Below, in pieces: positions 37,851-47,868 of a stretch of 64,000 nucleotides of DNA. How positions within the stretch are numbered: position 1 is the first letter of the stretch; each line of letters starts with the position of its first letter. The notes beneath the pieces are model-generated. The model saw only the letters and a program-made list of their open reading frames with translations, did not search any database and was not told the DNA's origin. Source of the DNA: an uncultured Balneolaceae bacterium. GTDB taxonomy: Bacteria; Bacteroidota; Rhodothermia; Balneolales; Balneolaceae. Location of the stretch: contig CAZPWQ010000001.1 of assembly GCA_964590495.1 (NCBI GenBank), positions 13,502 through 77,501 on the forward strand, written 5' to 3'. The position numbers and the translations under genes are program-made.

Positions 37851-40814
37851 TTAGAAATCGAGATTTACTCCGAATGTGATAGAACGAGCTGTATACCAGG
37901 TATCACGTCGTTCGATGCCCGGAGACAAGGGATTATCAAAATCCCCTGAATCGACCCATCTCACCTCCGGATCAATTCCTTCATAGCCCGTGAGAGTAAA
38001 CAGGTTTCGCCCGGTTACAGATAACCTGAGCCTGTTAACAGGACTTTCGGCCGGTAATGAAACATTATAGCCAATTGACAGATTTTCTAACCTCAGGAAA
38101 GTAGCATCTTCTACATGGAAGCTTGAATATGCCGGGGTAGATTCCAGATTGGCCACATCAAAAGCTGAAGTAGTTACATTATATGTAGTGATATTGGCCG
38201 GATTTTCAAAGAATACCCGGGCACTGTTAACCAGGTCGTGCCCATAGACACCACGTAAGAAAACGCTGGCATCCCAGTTCTTGTAGTTAACTGAGTTTGT
38301 CCATCCCAATTCAAAATCAGGAATACCGTTGCCGATTACCGCTTCATCTTCCCTGGAAATCTCATCACTTGTAATTAAACTTCCGTCAGAATCAAAAAAC
38401 AACCATCGACCGTCATTGCCTATTTCAGCAAATCTCGGCCCCCAGATCTGTCCCAGCGGTTCTCCCGCTTTTACACGAACCTGCTGAGTGTTATTTTGCC
38501 CCGGAGAACCGACATTGGCCAAAAAGCGGGCATTTTCAGATTCAAATTCAACCAACCGTATATCAAAGGTTGAAAACGTAAACCCGGTATTCCAGGCAAC
38601 ATCGGCACTGCGAACTACATCATATTGCAGGGTAGCTTCAAATCCTTTACTCTCAATCTCACCAACATTTAACCATGAGGTGGGGAAAAGATTCGGTGGA
38701 ACCGGAACTTCCATCTCAAGGATGAGATCGTCTGTATTTTTCTGGTAGTATTCGACGGTACCGGTAAGTCGTTCATCAAGTAATGCAAAATCCAGACCAA
38801 TATTGGACTCGCTGGTTTCCTGCCATTTTAAATCCGGATTATCATTACTGATCGGGCCGAAGCTCTGTACAAATCTTCCGCCTACAAAGAAGTTTCCTCT
38901 GGGAGCAAATCGCAGACGGGAGATTCCGTCAAACGGAGCATCCTGTCCGGTTATGCCAAAACTGCCGCGCAGTCTCAAGCGGTCCAAAAAGTCAACTTCT
39001 ACAAGATTCAGTACCTCAAGGCCTGCACCTGTTGACCAAAATGTTCCCCACCGGTTATTTGCACCAAATCTTGAAGAACCTTCCCTGCGAATCGTTCCAT
39101 TCAGGAAGAATGTATCATCCCAGTTCAGATTAGCTCGTCCGAAGCCTGCTATCAGCTTGTTCTCATTTCTAAAGCTGGAGAGATCACCAAGACCATTGTC
39201 AAAATCCTGGATAAAACCAAGGTTATGCGGGCCGGTGGCGTCTGATATAAAATCACCGCCGCCGACAAATGTTCTTTCTTCCTCAAAATCTGAATAGGAA
39301 TATCCGCCCAGAACTTCAAGATTTAAGTTTTCCGAAACAGTGGTCAGATAGTTCAACGTAATATCAAACTGTTCTGCCCTGTTATCATTTGCCTCCCGCT
39401 CTGCACGTCCGCGTCCCAATGAGGAGTTCGTTGCTCCTCCGGTAAACTTATTCGTTCTGGCCCAAAAAGCATTTCGGGTACCGGAGAACGTTTGCAGCGA
39501 ATAAAAAGCTGAGGCACTTAACCCGGGAACGAAATCATCAAATGCATAATCTGCTTTTAAAGCAGTGTTCAATCTTTTATTCTCCCTGACATCCTCTGCT
39601 GTTTCAAGAATTGCAACGGGATTAAACATATCAAAGGCATCTATTTCTCTAAAGCCACCTGTAGTTTCAAATCCGGAAGCTGTTACAGGAGCTGTAGGGT
39701 TAAATGTTACCGCATATTGAAATGCATTATTAAACCCGCGATCTTCTTCACGGTCCGTGATGCCCAGATCAAAGGTCAACGTAAGTTTATCGTTAAGTGC
39801 CTGGTGACTGAGATTTAACCGCCCGCTGGTCTGATTGAATCCCGTTGTTCGCAACAGCCCCTGATTATCTCTGAAATTACCTGAGACCCGGTAGGTGGTG
39901 GTTTCATTTCCACCGGCGATCGACAGATTGTGAATTTGTGTATAACTATTCTGGGTGATTTCGTCGAACCAATCAGTATCATCTCCAAAATCATTTATTT
40001 CAAAATTGGTAATATTTCCCAACTCCCTGAATTGATCAGCACTCAATACATCAATTTTATTTTCAACACCGGTAGTACTGAAAGAACCTGAATAATTCAC
40101 TGAAGTTTGTCCTGATTGACCTGTTTTTGTGGTAATGGCAATAACACCGGCCCCTCCCCGGGTACCGTAGATAGCTGCCGCAGATGCATCTTTCAAAACA
40201 TCAATCGATTCAATGTCATTGGGATCGATATTCTGCATGCTGGCTCCTACTATACCATCCACAACTACCAATGGTTGCGTATTTCCGAAGCTGGAAATGC
40301 CCCGCAAACGGAGTGTAGGAGTCTCATTAGGATTGGAGCCCGGACTTGATATATTCAGACCCGGTACTTTTCCCTGTATAAGTTCCGCCGGGTTATTCAC
40401 ATCCCCTTTATTAAAATCTTCCGAATTTACACTGGAGATCGAACCGGTTACCTGTTTTCTTTCCTGGGTACCATATCCAACCACAACAACATCATCCAAT
40501 GCCTGGACATCAGAGGCCATTTCAACATCAATAGTTGATCGGCCATCTACCGGAACTTCCTGAGTCAGATATCCGACAAAGGAAAATACCAGTGTATCCT
40601 GTTCCGGCACTGTTAAAGAATATGCACCGTTACTGTTTGTGGAAGTACCGGTTGTAGGTGAGCTTTTTACAATAACATTCACGCCTGGCAATGCCTGCCC
40701 GTCGGCGGCATCTGTCACCTGACCTGTTACTTCTATACTGCTCTGAGCGTATGTCTCAGTTATTAATCCAAGTCCTAAAACTAAAAAAGCTACAATATTC
40801 AGGCGGATAATCAT
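37851..40814 (-). CDS. susC: SusC/RagA-family TonB-linked outer membrane protein (pair 2)
   Basis: Signal MIIRLNIVAFLVLGLGLITETYAQ. VTGQVTDAADGQALPGVNVIV. VVVGYGTQERKQVTGSISSV. IDVLKDASAAAIYGTRGGAGVIAITTK. C-terminal ARSITFGVNLDF. Paralogous to susC-1 over the full length. The track ORF extends to 40907. Confidence 0.93.
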   Translation of the reverse strand: MIIRLNIVAFLVLGLGLITETYAQSSIEVTGQVTDAADGQALPGVNVIVKSSPTTGTSTNSNGAYSLTVPEQDTLVFSFVGYLTQEVPVDGRSTIDVEMASDVQALDDVVVVGYGTQERKQVTGSISSVNSEDFNKGDVNNPAELIQGKVPGLNISSPGSNPNETPTLRLRGISSFGNTQPLVVVDGIVGASMQNIDPNDIESIDVLKDASAAAIYGTRGGAGVIAITTKTGQSGQTSVNYSGSFSTTGVENKIDVLSADQFRELGNITNFEINDFGDDTDWFDEITQNSYTQIHNLSIAGGNETTTYRVSGNFRDNQGLLRTTGFNQTSGRLNLSHQALNDKLTLTFDLGITDREEDRGFNNAFQYAVTFNPTAPVTASGFETTGGFREIDAFDMFNPVAILETAEDVRENKRLNTALKADYAFDDFVPGLSASAFYSLQTFSGTRNAFWARTNKFTGGATNSSLGRGRAEREANDNRAEQFDITLNYLTTVSENLNLEVLGGYSYSDFEEERTFVGGGDFISDATGPHNLGFIQDFDNGLGDLSSFRNENKLIAGFGRANLNWDDTFFLNGTIRREGSSRFGANNRWGTFWSTGAGLEVLNLVEVDFLDRLRLRGSFGITGQDAPFDGISRLRFAPRGNFFVGGRFVQSFGPISNDNPDLKWQETSESNIGLDFALLDERLTGTVEYYQKNTDDLILEMEVPVPPNLFPTSWLNVGEIESKGFEATLQYDVVRSADVAWNTGFTFSTFDIRLVEFESENARFLANVGSPGQNNTQQVRVKAGEPLGQIWGPRFAEIGNDGRWLFFDSDGSLITSDEISREDEAVIGNGIPDFELGWTNSVNYKNWDASVFLRGVYGHDLVNSARVFFENPANITTYNVTTSAFDVANLESTPAYSSFHVEDATFLRLENLSIGYNVSLPAESPVNRLRLSVTGRNLFTLTGYEGIDPEVRWVDSGDFDNPLSPGIERRDTWYTARSITFGVNLDF

Positions 40815-41229
40815 TGAAGATATTCCACTGCTGATATATTGCAATTTTCTTTTAGAAGGGCCGGAATTAAGCAGAAAGCTAAATCTCCGTATCGCATTCG
40901 TAATCATAGTATTCCCCTTTGGTTATTATTTACTTATAAAGTCAAATCGCTCGAATTATCGACGGGCTCTATTACTTCAACAAAATGTGATTCTGTTGCA
41001 TCAATTGAGTTATCCCTATCGCCAGTCACTACCTAAAAAAGGCATTAACAAATACAAGCTATTTCCAGCTTTATAATTGCCCCTTTTTTTCAAAGAAGCA
41101 AATTTTTTTAACAAGTATGAAATTTTTTTTTCTCTTTATACAAGGAGATGAAAATGTTGCTAAAATTTATTTAATACAGGTTAGACCGACCAGTCTAAAC
41201 CAATTAAATTCCTCCCATTCGTCATTTGC

Positions 41230-43284
41230 CTAATCCATCACTCTCATCGTCCCCTGCATTGTTCGCCAGTGTCCCGGGAAGGTACATACGTAGGGATAAT
41301 CATCCGGTTGCTCAGGAGCAGTAAAATAGATCGATTCTGATTCACCGACTTCGAGCAGACTTGTATAGAACAGCACATTGTCGGATTGCGGGACGTAATC
41401 GAGCTTGGGTCCGTCCAGACCCATGTTCAGTGCATTTTGTGCGACTGTTTCCAGCCTCCCCGGTTCTACAATCAGCAGGTTATGCAAAAGATCGGTGGGA
41501 TTATTAAAAACAATTCTCACCCTGCTGCCGGCTTTCACTTCAAAATCGGTCACATCAAAAGTCATCGCCGCGGCGGCATTTATAGTAATTACAGTGTCGG
41601 GTCCGTTGCTCCATGAAGCGGGCTGCTCAGTCTGATGTTTCCTGTTTTCAGTACCGGCTGCTCCTTCCTCCCCGGTGGTTTCAGATGGTGAAATGGTACC
41701 CTGGACATTCAGCTTGTCGCCTTCGGGTATATTTTTCATGGTGTAATATCCGACAGAATGGAGCAGCGGATAATTTGTTTCAGCCTGTCTTACACCCTCA
41801 GCTTTTATTTCGTGAACATATCCTTCACGAATATTATTGACTACAAGCCGGGCAGAGAGGCCGTCTTCTCTTATCTCGACATGGGTTACCGGTACATCTT
41901 CCTGGTTGAGAATATCGCTGCCATAGGTAGAGTGATAGTGATAAGTGAAACCGGAAATTTCATAAGAAGAGGGATCGGCTGCAGATTCCCTGTCGACCGG
42001 CTTTGTAAAGGTAAGTTCGAAACCATCGGGTTTGGCATAAATCTCCCGGATCTCAAAAGGTGTTTCTCCGCTCCAGACAACCTGTTCCAGACCATAGGGT
42101 TCACCCCCCATAGCAGACCAGCCGCGGGCGGTCTGACCCACAAACATGGAATTATCACTGCCCCAGCTCATGCGAAGTACTCCCGATTCAAAACCCTCAA
42201 CGAAAGGAAACACCACACCCTGGTATTCACCTTTTACCTTTTCCTGGAAAACTCTCATTATTTTACTTTGTCCCTGGTCGCCGACAAAAAGCTGGTTTTC
42301 GAAAGGTCCGAATTCTCCCCCGGTATCGTCCAGCAGAATGCCGGATGTTGAGATACCCATCACCCCGTGCGGAAACCATACAGAAGGTGTTTTAAGTTCC
42401 GGAATATTTTTTGCCACCTCATGCATCGGCTCTCCGGAATCAGGAATATCATCAAGTTTCAGTGAAACAGGCGATCCGGTCATATGAGACCAGCGCAAAC
42501 CCTCCGGATTACCAGCGAAATCACCTTGTTCCAAATGAGTTATATTGCCCGATCCAACCCAGTCGCCCTGGTTTTCAGCATAAAAAAGATCACCATCGGC
42601 GTTAAAGCCGAACGCGGCGGGTGAGCGCAATCCTGTTGCCACCGGTTCAACTTCACCATCAGGAGAAACCTGCAACAGCCATCCATCCCATTCAGACAAA
42701 CTTGCTCCGTGTCCGATCCAGGCCAGATTTACGGTAACCAGCATATCGCCGTTCGGCAGGAAAAGCGGCCCGTAAAAATATTCATGATAATTCCCTGAAA
42801 GAGGGCGATTCCATATCGTTTTATACTCGTCTGCCAATCCATCTCCATCGGAATCCCTCAGACGGGTTATTTCTGGTCGCTGTGTAACATATACGGCCTC
42901 ATCACTGTAAGTGAGACCGAGTGGTTCATGCAATCCCTCGGCAAAAAGCCGGTATTCCGGAGGATTACCATTACTCTGGTAAGGATTTTCAATTATCCAG
43001 ACTTCCCCACGGCGGGTACATACGGCTAAACTTCCGTCCGGCAACAGATCCATTCCCCCAACTTCCAGAATAATATCATCAGGTACAGGAATGTCAACTA
43101 TTTCGTAATAATCTGATTCAGTCGGAATATTCGTCTGAGCAAAACTGATAACAGGCAGCAACATAAGCAGGATTATTACTCCTCCCGGCAGAGAAAAACG
43201 GAAACCTGCGATCGCGGGTTTACTCAGTTGGCAAAGCTTAGATATACAGTATTTCATATTCTTTATCATTTTGGGAAAATCCAT
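41230..43284 (-). CDS. beta-propeller (glucose/sorbosone-dehydrogenase-like or membrane-bound-dehydrogenase-domain-like) protein with C-terminal azurin-type cupredoxin domain
   Basis: 684 aa with a signal peptide ending ...LLPVISFAQT. Propeller-like N-terminal region (GGMDLLPDGSLAVCTRRGEVWII, HEPLGLTY, DSDGDGLADEY, GLRSPAAFGFNADGDLFYAENQGDW). C-terminal ~125 aa carries type-1 copper ligands (see domain feature). Confidence 0.8.
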   Translation of the reverse strand: MDFPKMIKNMKYCISKLCQLSKPAIAGFRFSLPGGVIILLMLLPVISFAQTNIPTESDYYEIVDIPVPDDIILEVGGMDLLPDGSLAVCTRRGEVWIIENPYQSNGNPPEYRLFAEGLHEPLGLTYSDEAVYVTQRPEITRLRDSDGDGLADEYKTIWNRPLSGNYHEYFYGPLFLPNGDMLVTVNLAWIGHGASLSEWDGWLLQVSPDGEVEPVATGLRSPAAFGFNADGDLFYAENQGDWVGSGNITHLEQGDFAGNPEGLRWSHMTGSPVSLKLDDIPDSGEPMHEVAKNIPELKTPSVWFPHGVMGISTSGILLDDTGGEFGPFENQLFVGDQGQSKIMRVFQEKVKGEYQGVVFPFVEGFESGVLRMSWGSDNSMFVGQTARGWSAMGGEPYGLEQVVWSGETPFEIREIYAKPDGFELTFTKPVDRESAADPSSYEISGFTYHYHSTYGSDILNQEDVPVTHVEIREDGLSARLVVNNIREGYVHEIKAEGVRQAETNYPLLHSVGYYTMKNIPEGDKLNVQGTISPSETTGEEGAAGTENRKHQTEQPASWSNGPDTVITINAAAAMTFDVTDFEVKAGSRVRIVFNNPTDLLHNLLIVEPGRLETVAQNALNMGLDGPKLDYVPQSDNVLFYTSLLEVGESESIYFTAPEQPDDYPYVCTFPGHWRTMQGTMRVMD
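41233..41616 (-). other. azurin-like blue-copper (cupredoxin) domain of the 684-aa protein
   Basis: FEVKAGSRVRIVFNNPTDLLHNLLIV ... YPYVCTFPGHWRTMQGTMRV. The C-T-F-P-G-H-x3-M spacing (codons at 41257-41286) is the azurin ligand loop (compare CTFPGHSALM of classical azurin), with an upstream His in LLHNLLI. No CxxCH haem motif seen. Confidence 0.8.
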
Positions 43285-43290
43285 TAATGC

Positions 43291-45180
43291 TTACCAGATA
43301 ATTTCATATTGTAAAACTATTTCTTCATCGCCGTTTGCAATCGGAATGCGAAGGTCGTGCCTGCCTGCGGTAATAACTATTTGGGGATCAATTCCACCCG
43401 TATCAACAACCCTCAGATAATATGCTCTGTCATCTATAGCATATTCATCATCGTTTTTGACAATCTTATTACCGGAAGCCAGCTTAACCCAGATATCATC
43501 CCGGCTATCGGGCGTTTTAAAGGTAAGGGTTCGCAATAACCGTCTGTTCTTCGGATATCCCTCAAAGGTATCTTCAATACTTATATCCTCCAGTGTATAT
43601 TTGAATGCCGGCCAACCATCTTCCGTTATATTATACCCCTCCACCTCTAATTGGTCACGGGCTATAGAATCCGGCCAGACTGCGTTACTGTTGTTTAATT
43701 TTGCCAGTACAGGTTTTCCGTCAAAGCTTACCGGGGGACCTGCCGGTTTTGCTATCTGGGGTTCTCCCCTGTCAATCCACATTTCATTTGCATTAATATA
43801 AGGCCCCTCCCAGGCGTGTAAAAGAGCTGCCTGACCCAAATCGTAACTGTAGTTGATTCCGTCAGGCGAACCTACATTCACCACATGTGTTCGTTTTGAA
43901 TCCTTGTGATTTGCAAAAGAACGAAGAACTTTTACTCTGTCGTCAACTTCCACCAGCAAGTCTGGCAATTCTCTTCCGCCTCCCGGTACCGAAGAGGAAG
44001 CATGAAGTTTTTGAAGCCGGAGTTGCGGACCTTCTGCAAAAAGTGAAAGGCCGCGGTACCAGTTATTGGGATGGTTAAGATATTCCAGTCTGAAGCTGTG
44101 TTCGCCGCTTTCCAGATCAAGGGTTTCCGACTCAAGCTCATGCATCCTAAAGGGACGATCCTGATCAAATACAACTTCATCATCGATAAGCAAGCGAACT
44201 GTACCGGCATTTTGAAGCTTGAACAGATATGTTCCGCTGTTCGGCGCCTCGAGTGTACCTGTATATAGGAGTGCGTAACGGTCGTCGCGGTTTACTACAT
44301 TTCCAGCGAGCGAGTCGGTTGAACCGGCCTCATCGGCTTCCGATGAACTGAAGTCTGGAAACTCTTCAAACTCCCCGGCGTAATAACCGTACCTCAGACC
44401 ATTGAGGCCTATCTGTTTTTTGTCGTATCTTTTATAGGTGATATTCCGGATCGCCACAGGGCCGTGATCACCCTGGATCATCAGCGGACCTTCCGGTTGT
44501 TCGTCCTGAAAATGTGACTCTATAGTCGGGCCGGTAACTTCCACATCCTCCTGGATCAGCGCGCCGTTTAACCAGACCTCTTCGAATCTGGCATTGGCAA
44601 CTTTTTCGCCCGCCTGATTGAATTCCGGGGCTTTAAACAAAATTTTATAATGCTGCCACAATCCCGGTGCCCTGGCTGCATTCAGCCGGGGAGCACTGCC
44701 TTCAATCTCTTCATCTCCGACACTGCGCCGGTAAATTCCTCCCACATCACTGTACTGGGGATTTTCTACACCCCAGCTGTCAAATAACTGCAGTTCATAA
44801 CGCCCCATCAGGTAAATTCCGGAATTCGAACCTTTTGGCATCAGGAAGTCCAGCTCGAGTTCAAGATCTCCATGTGACCATGCCGTAAAGAGATGATCGC
44901 TGTTTTCACCGGAGGGTTGATTAACCAAAATTCCCGTACCATCCAAACCACTCAGATCGTGTTCTTCCTTACGGTTGCTTTCCACATCCCCGGCTATACT
45001 CCAGTTCTCGGCAACCGGCTGAAAAGCCTCTAAATTATTCAGATTCAACTGCTGCATCGGCAGGGTTTCAAGCGGCTCTTCTTCTGCTTTATTACAGCCT
45101 TGAAAAAAGAAGAGACTTATTACTAAACCAAACAGAAGTGCCGGCTTTAAATACGAATTTCTGAAAAGTTGCTTTTGCAT
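43291..45180 (-). CDS. DUF1080 - PA14 - unknown C-terminal domain lipoprotein
   Basis: Lipobox LFFFQGCNKAEEE (start taken at MQKQLF; the track ORF extends to 45225). DUF1080 part (FTAWSHGDLELELDFLMPKGSNSGIYLMGRYELQLFDSWG ... LMIQGDHGPVAIRNITYKR). PA14-like part about 44011-44403 (GLRYGYYAGEFEEFPDF...GTYLFKLQNAGTVRLLIDDEVVFD...HSFRLEY). About 235 C-terminal residues are unassigned. Confidence 0.8.
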   Translation of the reverse strand: MQKQLFRNSYLKPALLFGLVISLFFFQGCNKAEEEPLETLPMQQLNLNNLEAFQPVAENWSIAGDVESNRKEEHDLSGLDGTGILVNQPSGENSDHLFTAWSHGDLELELDFLMPKGSNSGIYLMGRYELQLFDSWGVENPQYSDVGGIYRRSVGDEEIEGSAPRLNAARAPGLWQHYKILFKAPEFNQAGEKVANARFEEVWLNGALIQEDVEVTGPTIESHFQDEQPEGPLMIQGDHGPVAIRNITYKRYDKKQIGLNGLRYGYYAGEFEEFPDFSSSEADEAGSTDSLAGNVVNRDDRYALLYTGTLEAPNSGTYLFKLQNAGTVRLLIDDEVVFDQDRPFRMHELESETLDLESGEHSFRLEYLNHPNNWYRGLSLFAEGPQLRLQKLHASSSVPGGGRELPDLLVEVDDRVKVLRSFANHKDSKRTHVVNVGSPDGINYSYDLGQAALLHAWEGPYINANEMWIDRGEPQIAKPAGPPVSFDGKPVLAKLNNSNAVWPDSIARDQLEVEGYNITEDGWPAFKYTLEDISIEDTFEGYPKNRRLLRTLTFKTPDSRDDIWVKLASGNKIVKNDDEYAIDDRAYYLRVVDTGGIDPQIVITAGRHDLRIPIANGDEEIVLQYEIIW

Positions 45181-45214
45181 ATAAATTCTCTGATATCCCT
45201 GATAGAAATTTATG

Positions 45215-46054
45215 TTAATTATCACCTAACGGACGAATCCAGATATTGCGAAACCTGACGAGATCGCCATGATCCTGCAATCTCAACGGCATCTTATCGG
45301 GATGAGCCACATAGCGTGGTTTATCGATATAAACTGTGGGGCCTTTTAACTCCACATTATTCAAAATCAGGACTCCATTGTGAAATGCAGTCACACGGGC
45401 GGATGATTGCAGATTACCCGCTTCATCAAATTCCGGCGCTGAAAACACAATATCATAAGCCTGCCACTCTCCCGGTGGTCTGCTTGCATTAACAAGCGGT
45501 ATGTACTGTTTATAAATACTTCCGGCCTGACCATTGGAATAGGTTTCATTTTCAAACGAATTAAGAATCTGGATTTCATACAAGCTCATTAGAAATACGC
45601 CACTATTACTGTATCCCTGCCCGCTTTTGCCTTCATCAACCGGTGCCAGCCACTCAATATGAAGCTGAAAATTATCGAACTTCTGCCTGGTTTCAATAGC
45701 CCCGGTGCCCGGATTCACGACTAAATCACCGTCGGAAATATTCCATTGGGCTTCTTCATGGTCATAATTGTCGTCCCACTTTTCAAACATCTTCTCAACT
45801 CCGTCTGCTGTTGTAGGCTCACCCCGGAATTGCGGTTTTTGCCATTCGGACAAATCCTCTCCGTCAAATAATACGATGGCATCGGAAGGCGGATGATCAA
45901 GTCCGAGCAAATCGCCGGGAGTAACTACCGGAGGCACAGGTTCCCAGACCTCGCTTTCTTCAGGCTTGACATCCTGTGCCTGAACGGTCATAAAGCACAG
46001 AGTAAAGATACTTAACAGCACCATCAATTTGGGAGAATTGTCTGATTGAGTCAT
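45215..46054 (-). CDS. DUF1080 (3-keto-disaccharide hydrolase family) protein, secreted
   Basis: Signal LSIFTLCFMTVQAQ. FQLHIEWLAPVDEGKSGQGYSNSGVFLMSLYEIQILNS; VTAFHNGVLILNNVEL; LRLQDHGDLVRFRNIWIRPL. Confidence 0.9.
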   Translation of the reverse strand: MTQSDNSPKLMVLLSIFTLCFMTVQAQDVKPEESEVWEPVPPVVTPGDLLGLDHPPSDAIVLFDGEDLSEWQKPQFRGEPTTADGVEKMFEKWDDNYDHEEAQWNISDGDLVVNPGTGAIETRQKFDNFQLHIEWLAPVDEGKSGQGYSNSGVFLMSLYEIQILNSFENETYSNGQAGSIYKQYIPLVNASRPPGEWQAYDIVFSAPEFDEAGNLQSSARVTAFHNGVLILNNVELKGPTVYIDKPRYVAHPDKMPLRLQDHGDLVRFRNIWIRPLGDN

Positions 46055-46517
46055 GTTATTGAAAAGGCTTTAATAAGATTAACGCACTTTGATTGAAGAC
46101 TTCTTATTCAAGATAAACCTGTAGTTTAGGTATGGATTTATAAGCACCACTTGTTTAGATAAAACTAATTTAATCCTTAGCAGAAAGGCACCATTATATA
46201 TTTTATATCCGCCAGAAAATACCTATCAAAATAACAGATTATTTCTAAAATTATAGTTTATTTTTTATCCCGTTTATGCAAAAAATGCAAAAAATTTGTC
46301 CGATCCTTCTGACCCCCTTTTTGCCCCTAAATCCCCTAAAGGGGACTTGTAATGAGTGGCTTTTGAAGAAAAGTAGCTTTTTATTTAAATGCAGAGACAT
46401 ATCTTAAATATGATTTCGTATTCTGTAGCCAACTCATACTCAAAAAATTACGGGACGTTTCAGTCCGCAAAACCCCGGACTTCCAGTTTTGTTAACAGCC
46501 CACTGGCGTCATTATCA

Positions 46518-46629
46518 GCAAGGGCAACTAATCATGCCTTTTGTTAAAATTGACAGCTATTTTACAGCGGATGAGATCCCTCCACTACAGCCCCGATAAA
46601 AAACATCGGGACTTCCGGTCGGGATGACA
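46518..46629 (+). repeat. ~111-nt dispersed repeat, copy 2 (copy 1 at 31315..31425)
   Basis: Same orientation and full-length alignment with copy 1. Ends 16 nt from the stop codon of the TIM-barrel gene (46646). Confidence 0.85.
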
Positions 46630-46645
46630 ATGCAAGTGTGCATTT

Positions 46646-47692
46646 TCAATCCAATCCGAGCACCTTCCGGTTAAGTTCATCATCAGCACCGGCACCGGCA
46701 AAATCGTCGAACGCTTTTTCTGTTTTTTGAATAATATGTTCGGCAATAAAGGGTGCCCCTTCAGCGGCTCCCTGCTCGGGATGTTTCAGGCAGCACTCCC
46801 ATTCCAGCACGGGCCAGCCTTCGAAATCGTACTGAGCCAGCTTGCTGAAAATAGCTTTGAAATCTACGTCACCATCACCCAGCGACCGGAAACGTCCGGG
46901 ACGATCTACCCAGCTTTGATAGCCGCCATACACGCCGGAACGGCCGGTAGGATTGAATTCGGCATCCTTTACATGGAACATGCGAATGCGTTCGTGATAG
47001 ATATCGATAAATTGAATGTAATCAAGCTGCTGCAATACAAAGTGGCTGGGGTCGTACAGAATATTCGCACGGGGATGGTTATCGGTCACCTCAAGAAACT
47101 TTTCAAATGTAACTCCATCGTGCAGATCTTCTCCGGGATGTAATTCGTAACATACATCCACGCCGTTTTCATCAAAGACATCCAGGATCGGCTTCCATCG
47201 TTTTGCCAGCTCTTCAAATCCGGCTTCCACGAGTCCCGCCGGACGCTGAGGCCATGGATACATCGTATGCCACAAAAGTGCGCCGGAAAAACTAACATGT
47301 TCGGTAATGCCGAGATTCTGACTGGCTTTGGCTGCCAATTCCAGCTGGTTTATTGCCCATTCGGTACGTTCATCGGGCTTACCGTGTAACTCCTCCGGGG
47401 CAAAACCATCGAACAATTTGTCATAGGCTGGATGTACGGCCACAAGCTGGCCCTGAAGGTGTGTCGACAACTCCGTGATTTCCACACCGGCTTCGTTTAC
47501 AACACCCTTGATCTCATCAGCATAGGTCTGGCTTTCAGCCAGTTTTTCGAGATCAACACATCGCGGATCCCAGGTGGGAATCTGAACTCCTTCGTACCCC
47601 AGGCCGGCTGCCCATTCGCAGATTGATTTTAAATTATTAAACGGTTCTTCATCGCCCATAAACTGGGCCAAAAATATTGCTGGACCTTTCAT
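46646..47692 (-). CDS. xylose-isomerase-like TIM-barrel protein (sugar phosphate isomerase/epimerase family), cytoplasmic
   Basis: 348 aa with no signal peptide. AAGLGYEGVQIPTWD, VCYELHPGEDLHD, ILYDPSHFVLQQLDY, MFHVKDAEF, PVLEWECCLKHPEQGAAEG. Confidence 0.9.
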   Translation of the reverse strand: MKGPAIFLAQFMGDEEPFNNLKSICEWAAGLGYEGVQIPTWDPRCVDLEKLAESQTYADEIKGVVNEAGVEITELSTHLQGQLVAVHPAYDKLFDGFAPEELHGKPDERTEWAINQLELAAKASQNLGITEHVSFSGALLWHTMYPWPQRPAGLVEAGFEELAKRWKPILDVFDENGVDVCYELHPGEDLHDGVTFEKFLEVTDNHPRANILYDPSHFVLQQLDYIQFIDIYHERIRMFHVKDAEFNPTGRSGVYGGYQSWVDRPGRFRSLGDGDVDFKAIFSKLAQYDFEGWPVLEWECCLKHPEQGAAEGAPFIAEHIIQKTEKAFDDFAGAGADDELNRKVLGLD

Positions 47693-47868
47693 AAGAATAG
47701 ATATTTTAAATTAAGATTGGTTAAATAGAACACGGATAATGCGATTTTTATGGATTTGCACGGATAAATATATCATTCTTTAATATTCACTTCTGGAATA
47801 TTATCCGGGATAGCCTGATCACTAGAGCGGGGGTTAATTCCCGCGGCTAGAAATTACTTACCATCAAT

